DNA of 54,208 nt, filler included, from Diploschistes diacapsis (taxonomy: Eukaryota), in the NCBI GenBank assembly GCA_023645945.1. It is 5 parts of 5 records of this genome, joined end to end, with 100 filler letters (N's around TTAATTAATTAA, not from the genome) between each part and the next. Parts side by side here need not be neighbours in the genome. Positions count along the whole stretch, not along the records: positions 10,873 to 21,638 come from JALAIB010000892.1; positions 21,739 to 32,498 come from JALAIB010000893.1; 3 more parts are not named here. One strand, 5' to 3'. Position 1 is the stretch's first letter; each line of letters opens with the position of its first letter. This document shows positions 10,873-21,799 of this stretch, piece after piece. The position numbers were made by a program, and so were the translations under genes. Below the pieces are notes generated by a model that saw nothing but the letters and a program-made list of their open reading frames with translations, was not told the DNA's origin and made no database searches.

Positions 10873-11021
10873 GCGTTATCCGTCCCCTGTGCTCATTGCA
10901 GCTGCCTTTTCCTTTTTTTTTTTTTTATTTCCTTCTCAGTTCCTTTGCTCCCTCCCCGCTTTTTTTTTTTTTTCCCTTTCCACCTCCTCCCCTTTGTGTC
11001 GCTTCCATCCCCCTTTTCATC

Positions 11022-11465
11022 TCATCTCGCTAAGCAGCTACCAAGGTTCTTTCGCATCCAGCAGATGCAGTATTCCCCCAGCCACCATCGTTCGAACCGT
11101 GCCAATTTGGAGTCCCCGTCATGCGCTTGGGCTTTCAAGGTAGAGTAGTCAAAGGGCATATAGGGTGAGGGGTTGCGAGTCACGCAGCACCATGATATTG
11201 GGGAAGTTAGTATAGCAACGGGGGGCTTCACGGACTTTTCGAGAGTTTTTCACGCATGCCACGCGTTCCGGGGGATGAGGGATGAGGGGCTGTCGATGGG
11301 AATCGGTTGTAGCAAATCGAGGAGGAATGCGTACTTGGGGGGTGGTGGAGAGGTTCTTAACGTTTTTGTGGCGACGCCGGGATACCGTATTGGCTTGGCC
11401 GTGGAGATGACGACGGCGACGCAGAGCAAGCACATGAGCGGAAACCAGTTGCTTGTGTGAACCAT
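11022..11465 (-). CDS. Possible small secreted protein (frame-disrupted or unresolved intron)
   Basis: MVHTSNWFPLMCLLCVAVVISTAKP resembles a signal peptide; downstream Cys-containing segments lie in other frames; no recognised domain. Confidence 0.25.
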
Positions 11466-11752
11466 GAATAATTCGTTTTGTATTCATTCAGTGCCATTTC
11501 ATCGCTATGTGTAACGTTTCCGTGCGGGAATTCTGCATATTCTATGCCTCTCCAAAGCCCCAACTCGGGTCTCTGTAGGTCATAAGAAAATTTAGGTGCT
11601 CGGTCTCAAAACGCAGTGGGGATAAGAGTAGAAAAAGCAATGTACATACCTAGTCAACGGCTACCGCGATTGATACAATGGCACGCTTTTCTCCCATTTC
11701 CATAGAGATCAGTCGACTACGTCGACCCATCTTACGGCGTATGTTGTACAGC

Positions 11753-13598
11753 CTACTCATCCTCGCTATCCGAGTCTTCGGCATTTGGGTCTTCTCGAAA
11801 AAGTACCTGTCAGCAAAGTTCACAAACAAAAACAAATAGACGGAGAACTGTGAGACAAGCTATAGCGCAAAAACTAGAAATCAATGACTAAAAATCGATG
11901 GCACCCAAGCAGAAGCATAATCCTCATTTCCTCTCCCACCCCCCTGTACTCAAAAGCATGCCTACCTCTGGCCAGTGTATAGTCGAACCTGCCCTCCACC
12001 TTCTCGCTCAGACTCTCCCTCGCCAAACGCTGTGCCGCCTCGCTCAGCGCATGATCAGGGTCGGCCATCATGATTGCCAGCGCCAGCCCCTGATTCCCCG
12101 GTCCCAGGGCCGTGATGTAATCCAGTATTCCGTCGAGCGTGAAGGCGCTGAACGCGTTCAAGTCTAACCTCCGGAGGTGCGACAGCGAAGACAGAGACGG
12201 CCAGATCGCGTCGGTGATGTTCCAACCGGATACCACCAGCCCCTCGAGCTCGGGCATCGAGTCCGCGAGCGTCTTGATTTGGTTGTCGTTGAAGAAATCT
12301 GAGACGTGGAAGAGGTGCAGGTCTTTGAGCCGCGTGAGGCGACAGAGGTGCTGCACCAGTTGGTCGCAGTCGCAGGTTTCGCCGTTGGCTTTGAGGATGA
12401 GGCTCCGCAGGGAAGAGGATTGGGAGGAGAGCGCGGAGTGGAAACCCCTGGCTAACGCCGCGTCGTAGCGGGTTAGCTCCAGGTTAGTTAGATGGATGGT
12501 CGGGTGGAGCAGGAGGGGGGTGAAAAGTAAAGGGATGAGAGAGTTGTTGTCGTTTATGAAGCGGATGTCTGTCAATGAAGTGCAGTCTGTGAGCCAGTTT
12601 GCAATCGCGGTCTGGGTTTTCTTGGGAATAGCGGCCTCGCGGATACGGGTTTCGAGGTGAAGGGTTGTTAGACAGGGGCACGCCCCGAGGAGGGGGAGAG
12701 AGGCGAGGAGTTCGTCTTGAATGGCGCCAAATTTGAGCTCGGCCAGATACGGGGAGAAGGAGGAGAGGGAAGAGATCACGGCAGAGCTGGCGTTGGAGGA
12801 GCCGAAAATCTCAAGGGATCTCAGGGGTTTGGGGTGTAGTTCGGTGAGGAAGGCGGCGAACTGGGAGTCAGTGTCTTCATTCGGCCAGATGTAAAATTTA
12901 AGGGTTGTGAAGTCAGGGCAATGGATTCTGAGCAACGAGCCGGTACCTATCAAGGCCGTGCCATTCCATAGACGTAGCTGTTGCAGGCGCTTGAGCTGGG
13001 GAATCCACCGATTCAGAGACTCAGGACTGGTTTCGTTGCAGTCCAACTCCTCGATCATGGGTGTCTGCTCTATTAGCTGGTCGCCAACCTTTCCGATAGT
13101 AGCAGCGATGTCGAACGTTCGGGAGCGTAGGTTTGGCCGTCCATGTCCCTTAGTCTCCACGGCAAGGTCTGCAAGTTCGCCTGAGAAGAAACCACGGCTG
13201 TATCGTTCTCGAAACACAGAATCATCCAGAAGCGCCGCGAGATCTCGCAAAGATAATACACGGATGTAACGGTAGTAGGGATACAAGGTTTTCCCCAATG
13301 TTGACAGGATCAATATGCGCCACAAACTCGACCATTGATCCGTCAACTTTCTTTCGTCCAGCTCTGCACCGTTGCTTGTGACAGGCGCCACATCATGAAT
13401 GCTTTGGAGGCGTCAGCTATGCAATACTGTTTCACAAGAAATGTTCCAGTCCCGGGCGTACCGGTAAAGGTTGGATATTGCAGGCCCAGCTAATTCTTTC
13501 GAGGCAACGGCGCACTGGAACAGCGAGTTAAAGTCAAATTGATCCCGAAGCTGTTCGCATACCAAATGCAAAACATCTATCGGAAGATGAATTGACAT
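11753..13598 (-). CDS. F-box-like / leucine-rich-repeat (RNI-like) protein
   Basis: Exons 13598-13462 (MSIHLPIDVLHLVCEQL, F-box-like), 13401-11966 (LRRs such as LTRLKDLHLFHVSD and LSHLRRLDLNAFS), 11790-11753 (DPNAEDSDSEDE*); introns in phase with branch sites. Confidence 0.8.
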
Positions 13599-13939
13599 AA
13601 CTGGGAAAGTCTGAAGTTACGAAGACTGCAGAAGCTTCCATTTCATTCACTGCGAAGTATTTGGCAAGCCAAAGTCAACACAGCTTAGCAGAGGAAAGCT
13701 TATAGAAATCTGCGTCGCACTCAGCTTTGTCACCATTTTACGCTAATTAATTTTGTTTCACATGTTATAAACCCTTTTTTCGCTAGTAACTTGAACTATT
13801 GATTCGAGCATTGAAGCATCTGAAGCAGCTTTTCGAGCAGCTTTCCGAAGCATTTAGACCCCTTTCGATTATAATCCAGGTCTAAACCACCTACGGCAGC
13901 ACCTCCTCAGCAGTTGTCTTCACCATTCAACCATACCGC

Positions 13940-14320
13940 TTAATATAGAAGATATTTAGTTGAATTAATTAAAATATATTAGAATTCCGCCTGTGGGAAA
14001 ATACTAAATAAATAGAAAGAAGATATGGCAGGAAATTTCAACTAAAATTGTAGATTTAGGTTTAATTTAATTAAATCTATTCGGACCCCCGTTAAACCGG
14101 AGCGGGAATAATATAAAATTAATAGATCCCGTGGGTATAAAGCTTGCATATAGGATATTTATTCCTCTTAGTTAGACTCTTAGACTTCTGGATATCCTAG
14201 TCACACGTTGCGCAAATAAAGGATAAAGAAAAAAAAGAATAAATTCAATCTAAATCGATTGAATTCGAATTATGATGACGAATAGATTATATATTTATAA
14301 ATTATTGTGGGAACCAGATA
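13940..14320. other. AT-rich island with short inverted repeats (possible RIP-degraded element)
   Basis: Very low GC, TpA-rich; hairpins TAGATTTA...TAAATCTA (~14051-14079) and AATTCAATC...GATTGAATT (14242-14265). Confidence 0.4.
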
Positions 14321-14520
14321 TGAGCTAAACGGCTTAATGGATGTATCCTATGCAGAGAAGGAGCGGCGCAGGTAATGCTCCTGAGTTAAACTAGTTGAAA
14401 CTCCTGCCTTTCCTTGCAACAATCCACTATGTGATCGGAATAATGCATGTCGTTGCCCATTACTCGAATATCGTCACAGCTCGAAAGCAGTAAGCAGACG
14501 ACATTGAACGTGTCAGCCTA

Positions 14521-15412
14521 TCAAATATCGTCGACATCGACTTCGTTCGCTCCTTCATCACTGTCGCGATCTTCATCGAACTCGAATCCAATGCCCTCGT
14601 CGACCTCATGGCCGTAGGTGTCCGTCTCATTAATCTTCGCGTCGCTGGGCAATCTGAATATGCTAATTAGTAATGTCGAGCATAGCGCAAGAATATCTTA
14701 TCTAGCGCTAAACAAGCAGAGAGTAGAGGTTGTTCGTTGAGGAAAAGAGGTGTTTAGATTAACTCACTCGCCATAGGATTTCAATGAACGAGCCTCACTG
14801 TGGCTAAAAGTCAGCAATGCGGCACAAATGGAGAACCTTTATCTGACTCGGCAGAGTATTTCAGTATAACATCGCCCTTCTCGTCCTGGTAATCGCGAAG
14901 CGAGAGCAGGATGATATCGCCCTTCAAAGATGTGTAAGCTGAAGTATTCCCTTGTATCTGACCATCTTCCATACCTGATTTATCCAGACTTTTTTTCGCA
15001 ATTTGCCGCGTATGTGCGCCAGACGCCTTTCACTATGTACAGGTCAGTCGATGTTGAGGGCTCTGTAGAACCGCATCGTACCCATCAAAGCACTGTGCTT
15101 CCAATCTTCCATTCCCTAGCATTTTGATCACTTGAGCATACTCTGTAGCCAGAGCATGAGCCTGCGCCTTATGGACTATCCTTTAGAACCGCCGTACCTT
15201 GACCTTCCTCTGATTTACGATCAGTCAAGAGCTTGGAGGGGGATGAGTTATAATAACGATTGTTGGCTTTACCCTTGAATGTGAGCTCTCGCTTTTCATT
15301 GTCGTTCTCGTTCTTTCCTCTTCTTCGGTTCTTGCTAAGAATCGTCAGCCTTGCCTCCAGCCAGAGTCAAACTGAGAGCTCTGCACCCTCCTTTCCCCTT
15401 GTTCTTAGGCAT
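14521..15412 (-). CDS. TIF11: Eukaryotic translation initiation factor 1A (151 aa, 8 exons)
   Basis: Exons 15412-15387, 15334-15273, 15209-15198, 15142-15082, 15032-14975, 14921-14848, 14797-14768, 14653-14521 give [110 protein letters not shown]...DVDDI*; all phases check. Confidence 0.97.
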
Positions 15413-16477
15413 GCTCAGGGACTTAAAAAGTCAGGAAAATAGTGTAATAGACAAAGGGAGAAGGGAAGTACGAGTTGGTTGTACTGTGAACGGGTTTGTG
15501 GGATTGGTGATAGCGGGGTGGCCATGAATGAATGACCCCTCGGACTGGGGACTGGCGAGAGGTTACGGAGTTACTGATTTTCCACCACTCTGCTGACTCA
15601 TGGCGGTGTGAGTTCTTTTGAGTCGGTGAAGTTCCAGCTGTTTTCCCTTCTCATCCATTGATACCTATCTAATACACTATACATTTCGGGGAGCGTCTCG
15701 AATGGTGAGAGGCATCCTAATGTTGCAGTTGGGTATGGGCCAAAACCAAGCTCGCTTGATTTCAGGCGATTCTTATCTCTATTCCTACTGCACTGGTGTT
15801 GTCCCTTCTAAGTCCACAGACAAAATCAAGGAATTGCTCTCAGGCCTTCAGTAGAATGCTTACTCCAGAACTAGTTTATTTAAGTTAACAGACGCAGGCC
15901 TTACACCGTCCTGATTGAATTGGGAACTCCAACTTCTTTGGTTTTCGAGACCTGGGAGTAGATCTTATCAACCCTCTCACAAAGAGAGCCTCGGGGACAA
16001 CGATGTACCTGAACGCATGTGCTACGTCTCTGTCTTACAGTAGGTAGCACTCCTGGTAGAAGTAATGTTGCTTCGTGTCAATTTTGAACATATCTTCGAC
16101 TGGTGTTCCACAAGAGATCGATTGGTACTGTCTGAAGCTACTTCCAGCCGTGACCTTGAGGATATAACCAGAGCGGGGTGGCAGCAAAGGCCTTTCGCGG
16201 TACCTTCAGGTCTATGAGCATGTTTTAACACAATGCTATATAAGGGCGACTTTCTTTGTTGTCTTTTGCCTTCATCAAAGCTACTGTGGATGGAACGCGT
16301 GACCACCACGCCATCTTATAACGTATATATTGCTGGAGCATCCGCCGAAGTATCCATCATCTAGTCCATTTATCTTCTTCGTGACTATGGGTGCCCCCGA
16401 ATATCCCATTCTGCTCCTTGATTGCTAGGCACCGATGCCTTCTTTAAGGGTCTGTCTCTTGGGTTGATAATACTAAT

Positions 16478-19170
16478 ATGGTATTCCACTTCTCGCTCAC
16501 GTGCGAATATTTCACCTTGGACCTACAGCATATCCGCATAGCGCTCGCGGCATGCTCTGTTTGTGCCTTTGTGCATTGATCTTCTTTGTCTCTTTCTTAG
16601 GCCCAGGTCTCTTCCCTCTTCACTCCAGAAAGTAGTCAACTACGGTATTTTTTCCCTTACGTCAGCTTCCTCAAGCCTCACAACTGGGGACAGCACCGGG
16701 AATGGACATGGAGGTCAGCAAGATGCCCTGGAAAGCTTCTGCAAGTTCCAGGTTCGCCCCATGATACTGATGATATGGGTATCACTAAATATACCGTCAG
16801 GTTGACGCCTACGATACGACTATGAACCGTCTTCTCCGTGGCCGCAATGAGATGCTGGCGCTGATCGCTGCGCAAGCGAAATTTCACGTCAAGGAAGGAT
16901 CCCTTTCTCGGGCCCAGCTAGTTTGGATCGATGTAGGAGGGGGACCGGATGGAACATTGAGATGATGGCTCGCTATGTTGATATTCCAAACTTCTTCTCC
17001 CATATTTCTTGTCGATTTGTCGCCATCGCTGTGTGAAGTAGCTAGATGCGCTTCGCACGTCTGGGCTGGCAAAATGTTCGAGTTGTCTGCAAGGATGCTA
17101 AATTACTCGATATTGGCGAACACAAGGCAGATCTGATAACAATGTGATACAGCTTAAGCATGCTACCGAATTTTCATATATGTGTCGACCTTTTGTCATA
17201 CTACTTGTTTCTCGAGGTATCATCGGCGTAGTAGATTTCCATGTTCAGATTGGCATCGAGACGATCGGACGAAATTATATCGGTGGCTCCCTTCAGAGAC
17301 ATGTCAACTGGTTAGGGAGAACATTCTGGAAGCTTGGTTTGATCTGGACCGGGGTGGGCTGGAAGGAGCTCGACGTGTGCGTGTTGCTTCAATGAGCGGT
17401 CCTTGAAGCGAGAGTGCTCACGTCACTAGGACTATTTGAGGTACCGCTTCGGTACGTTGAAGTCCGTTGACGAGAGAAACTATGTTCCTGGGGACTATAC
17501 CGGTATATGCATACCATACTACATCTTCCTTTGTCGGCTGATTTCCTCGAACTCCGCGCGCGGAGACTTGGAGCGCTTCGACGCTGTATGTACCGAGTCG
17601 CTATATCTATTCCCTCGTGAACTGACATAAAGTGACCGGAAGACAAGACTCGAAGAGCGGTCCAAAACGTATCGATCAGCGATAGTGAACTTGAATGCCA
17701 AGCTTCCACTGCCTTCTACATTCTACCGAAATCATCAACATAGAATCTACTTCGAAGAGCAACGCCCGCAAGCCCACCCAATTTGGTACCGAATTCATCT
17801 ATGCTTTTGCTTGGGAAGATTCAAGGGTAGACCAACGGCTCCTCAAGATTAACGAGAAAGATGTTATACTATGCTTGACTTCGGCTGGCGACAATCTAGT
17901 CGATCGTCTCGCTTCTTGCAGGCCTCGTCGGATACACGCGGTCGATCTGAATCCCCACCTGTCTCACTTCCTAGAGCTCAAGGTAGCCGCGTACCAAGCG
18001 CTCGAGTATGTCGATTTTTGGAGGCTCTTGGGGAGAGGCGCATGTCGGCTTTAGGGATGTCCTACTTCAGAGTTTATCACCATACGTCAGCTCTCAAGCC
18101 TTGCAATTCTGGTTGAATCAGGGCCAGATATTCTCGTCTCGTCTTGGACTTTGCGAGCACGGAGGCTCTGGTCGCGCCATAAAGTTGGTGAGGTGACTTC
18201 TGCGGGCTCTCGGCCTTAGTGGCACTGTTAAGAATTTCTGCAAAGCCAAAACACTCAATGAACAGCGAGAAATCTGGCCTAAATTGAGACGTGTGCTTCT
18301 CAGCCGTTTCCTTCGCCGGTTGTTTCTTGGCTTATAGTTTTTATGGAAAGCAGCTGGTGCTCTCCTGCACAAGCGCTATGATTACGCAAGATTACCACGA
18401 CGAGGAGTCCATTGATCCCGCCAAACTCGACATCCTGGGAAATACAGGTGAAGCTATGTGGCAGTACATCTGCAATACTCCAGATCCAGTTGCTCGAGAC
18501 ATGCTGATCAGCAATGACAACTTCTACTACCTACTCACTTTGTAGTCACTATTCACGCCGGTAAGCTCCCTCAAAGACGACCATGTACAGCGCTTATCAT
18601 TACCCTGCGTCTAGATGTCATCCCAGTTACCTCTCTGCAAAGGCCCATGCAAGCTTGTCTAAGCCGGCTGCTTTTGATGGGCTTCGCTTACATACCGATG
18701 AGGTCAACGAGGTCATTGCGAGATTAGAGCAGGAACGCCATCGATTGCAATCGTAGGAAAGCCTCATACGAAGGCTAGTCGAGGAAAAAGCTGACTCGAG
18801 CTAGGTCATGGACTCGATGGACTGGTTCGACCCTCAAAGTTATGAAGCAGCTACTCAAATTACTACCCTCAACCGCGCTTTGAAGCTAGGAGGACGTGTC
18901 TTGATCCACTCTGCTGGGCTCAAACCGTGGTATATTCCGGTTTTTGAGCGACTTGGATTCTCTGCCTGGAGAGTGTCTGTCCGTCTGCCAGATCTGAATT
19001 GAAACAGTATCAATACTGCCGGGAGCTTGAGATAGTTCATCTAGTGGGCTGCCTATATCATAAATAGTAATTGCAAAAGGGGAGAATCCATGGAGCTCTT
19101 TTGCTGATTATATGTACAACTCGTGGCTATTCTTATGTCCTTTTGGCTGGATCTGCCCCCAAATCTTGTG
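16478..19170 (+). pseudogene. BTA1: Betaine lipid (DGTS) synthase pseudogene (BtaB methyltransferase + BtaA/DUF3419 fusion)
   Basis: Collinear motifs QQDALESF, VWIDVGGG.GWNIE, ADLITM*YSLSMLP, FIYAFAWEDSRVD, CLTSAGDN, AVDLNP..SHFLELKVA, MDSMDWFDP; in-frame stops at 17145-17147, 18194-18196, 18543-18545 and several frameshifts. Ends approximate. Confidence 0.88.
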
Positions 19171-20099
19171 TTTTGGTGCTTTCTACATTTCTCGGCTCAT
19201 TTAACCTGCCTGCTTGAACTGCAGTATGTGGCCATTGAGGCCTCCTTGGGATGCTATCGGTGCAGACTGGTTAGTCTTTTTAGAGTCTGAGACCCATTTC
19301 TTTCTCCTTCACAGCTTCATTTCCAACCTTGTGATACGGAAGGCCTCCTCTATCTCCCCTAACCCGGAAATGCCCAAGTCACCGAAGCGTTCCGCAGCTA
19401 TCTCTGTTCTTCACAAAACTAGAGCGACACTAAGTCCATTAATGGCACGAAGCGAAGGTCGATTACTTGCATTAGCGTCCATTTACAGGGTTTATGCATC
19501 TTTTCAACGAACTACCGCTAAGATAAAATCCAATTCACATAATAGCAACTGCCTGCCTCTGTATCTGTGTAATCTCTTTTCCACAAACCCAAGTGGTTGA
19601 TGGATACATTATACGCATACCTTAGTCTACAATCAAGCCGTCCAATCCTTCCAACAGAAGCTCGAAGCAGTACATCTCCCCGTCTCAGCAAAAATGACGA
19701 TGACGCAATGCCAAACAATCGACGAGGCGGTTAATCATGTCATGCAGCATCGTCGAAGACAGACCTGCTCATGGGCGTAAAAGCCGCATCGTTAAAGGCT
19801 AAAGGGGGTTCCAGCAGCCCAGATCTGGAATGGCCCATGATTGCGTAGTGCTCGAACGTGCAGCTGTACAGCTAGATCTCGAGATGAGGCTGGTGAGGGG
19901 TTGAGGCTTGACGTCAGGGGAGGAAAAGCATATATACGTTTTGTTCTTCCCAAAAGATCCAGCGATAGATTGGAACAAATTGCCCATCACAGAATCAAGA
20001 ATTGGAATACATATCCGATTACAGTCTCAAATAAGTGTGTATTTGCTTAATCCCCCAACCATCCTTGCTAATCTATTTCCCAGCATCAATCTATCCAAA

Positions 20100-20731
20100 A
20101 TGGCAGAGAGGGCAGGAAGTGCGTCCACCCTCTCTCATATAACCCTTCTGGCCTTGCAATCTTCCCATCGTTGCGGCGTATTATTCACCGCAACTCAATC
20201 TGCGTATGGAGACAACTGGCTAACCCTCATGTCCAACAAACAGACGCCGTATCAGGCACCACAGACACTGTACGTCACGTCCAGCCAAAAGCAAACAAAC
20301 AAGGCTTAATATCGTCCACCAGGTCGGCAACACAGCAGGCAACGTCGGAAAGACCGTACGCTCTCAACCCTTTTCCTATTATCATTCCTTTCCCTTTCCC
20401 ATTCTCCACCTTCCATTCTCCCTTCCCCTTCCTAACCTCCTGCGATACAATCAACTAACGCACCACACCAGGCCGGAGACACCGTGGGCAACCTAGGCAA
20501 AACTGTAAACCACCTCCCAACCTCGCTCCCCCTTTCCATGTTGAAAGCTGACTTTCCCTGAAGGTCGGCGACACAACCTCCGGCCTGACAAAAGGACTTG
20601 GCGACACCCTCGGCGGCGTAACGCAGGGCGCGTCCGATACCGTCTCCGGCGCTGGTAAAGGCGTGTCCGACACTACGAAGCAGACGTTTGGCGGGAAGGA
20701 CCAGACGGCCGACAACCCGCTTGGGCTGTAA
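20100..20731 (+). CDS. Small LEA-like/hydrophilin protein with 11-aa repeats (92 aa, 5 coding exons)
   Basis: Exons 20100-20118, 20244-20269, 20323-20355, 20472-20504, 20564-20731 give MAERAGNAVSGTTDT VGNTAGNVGKT AGDTVGNLGKT VGDTTSGLTKG LGDTLGGVTQG ASDTVSGAGKG VSDTTKQTFGG KDQTADNPLGL*; GT donors with branch sites; probable 5' UTR intron ending at 20083. Confidence 0.85.
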
Positions 20732-21089
20732 GGGGCTAAGCTGTCTCAGTTCCGGGCGAGTATGCAGATGGTTCGGATCAGATGGGAGTGCTTGGAGGGA
20801 TTTGTATTGCAGTTTGTATCGTGGGCGGGCAGCTGGCATGCAAACATTGGCGGTCTCGTCGATGGCTTGATGTAGTTTAGTGATCTTGTTGTTGTTTGAA
20901 GAAAAAATGGGAAGTGTTATCCCATACACGGACGAACGAGACGAGGAGAGTAAAGCGTACATCTTCCTCGCGGCCTTCCTAGTCCCCGGTCCCGCTCCTT
21001 CCATTATCTGTCTCCACCGGCCTGCCCTCGCCGTCCGTCCCTCCTCCCTTTCCTCTCCCCTCCTCTGCTATCACATTGACACCAAATCT

Positions 21090-21260
21090 CCCTCGCCTCC
21101 ACCACCACCTCGCTATCCACCTCGCTATCCACCTCCACCTCCTCCTCCTCCGCCTCCTCCATTATCACTATCCCTTCCCACCCCTTTCTTCCACCTGTAA
21201 TTTCTTTTGCTTCCCATCATTCTCTACATCCCCCCCCCCCAAAAAAAAAAAAAAAAAACT
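21090..21260. repeat. Low-complexity C-rich tract: (CCTCGCTATCCA) duplicate, (CCT)n, C and A homopolymers
   Basis: Directly visible; source of the poly-Pro and poly-Lys artefact ORFs. Confidence 0.8.
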
Positions 21261-21638
21261 CTGTAGTCCGTCCCAACATCCACTTCATCCACCTCGTCTT
21301 TCCCACCTTTTTTTTGGAGGGGGGGGAGAATCCCATGAGGTACAAATAGACCCAGACACGACAGGATCGGACAGGGCCGAATTTAGGGGGCAAGACTGGA
21401 CTGGACTGGAATGGCGTACCTATCTATCTATCGTGCTTGTTTTTTTTCTTTCTTTTTTCTCTCCCGGTTCATCAGCTGCATGCATACCCCTTCCTCGGCT
21501 TCGGCGAGATGGGGGGTGCGCTGAATGCGGTGGCTTTGGTGGTAGGGAGGATGAATTGGTTGGAAGGAAGGATGGAGGGGAATCGGAAGGATAGCTGGGA
21601 AGGAGGTTTTAGGAGCCCCGTCAAAGGTGGATTAAAGG

Positions 21639-21738
21639 NNNNNNNNNNNNNNNNNNNNNNNNNNNNNNNNNNNNNNNNNNNNTTAATTAATTAANNNNNN
21701 NNNNNNNNNNNNNNNNNNNNNNNNNNNNNNNNNNNNNN
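21639..21738. other. Artificial contig linker
   Basis: 44N-TTAATTAATTAA-44N. Confidence 0.98.
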
Positions 21739-21799
21739 GGAGGGGGGTGGGAGTGCAGACGTTGGATCTGCGCGCAGTCTGATGATAAGGATGAAGGAA

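Noticed and set aside
15850..16320. Possible minus-strand gene fragment (VEDMFKIDTKQHYFYQECY...RYIVVPEALFVRG)
   Set aside because: Short, interrupted and not recognisable; too weak to call.
20432..21594. ORFs 20432-21004 (-), 20880-21200 and 21076-21594 (+)
   Set aside because: Antisense of the LEA-like gene or translations of low-complexity tracts.
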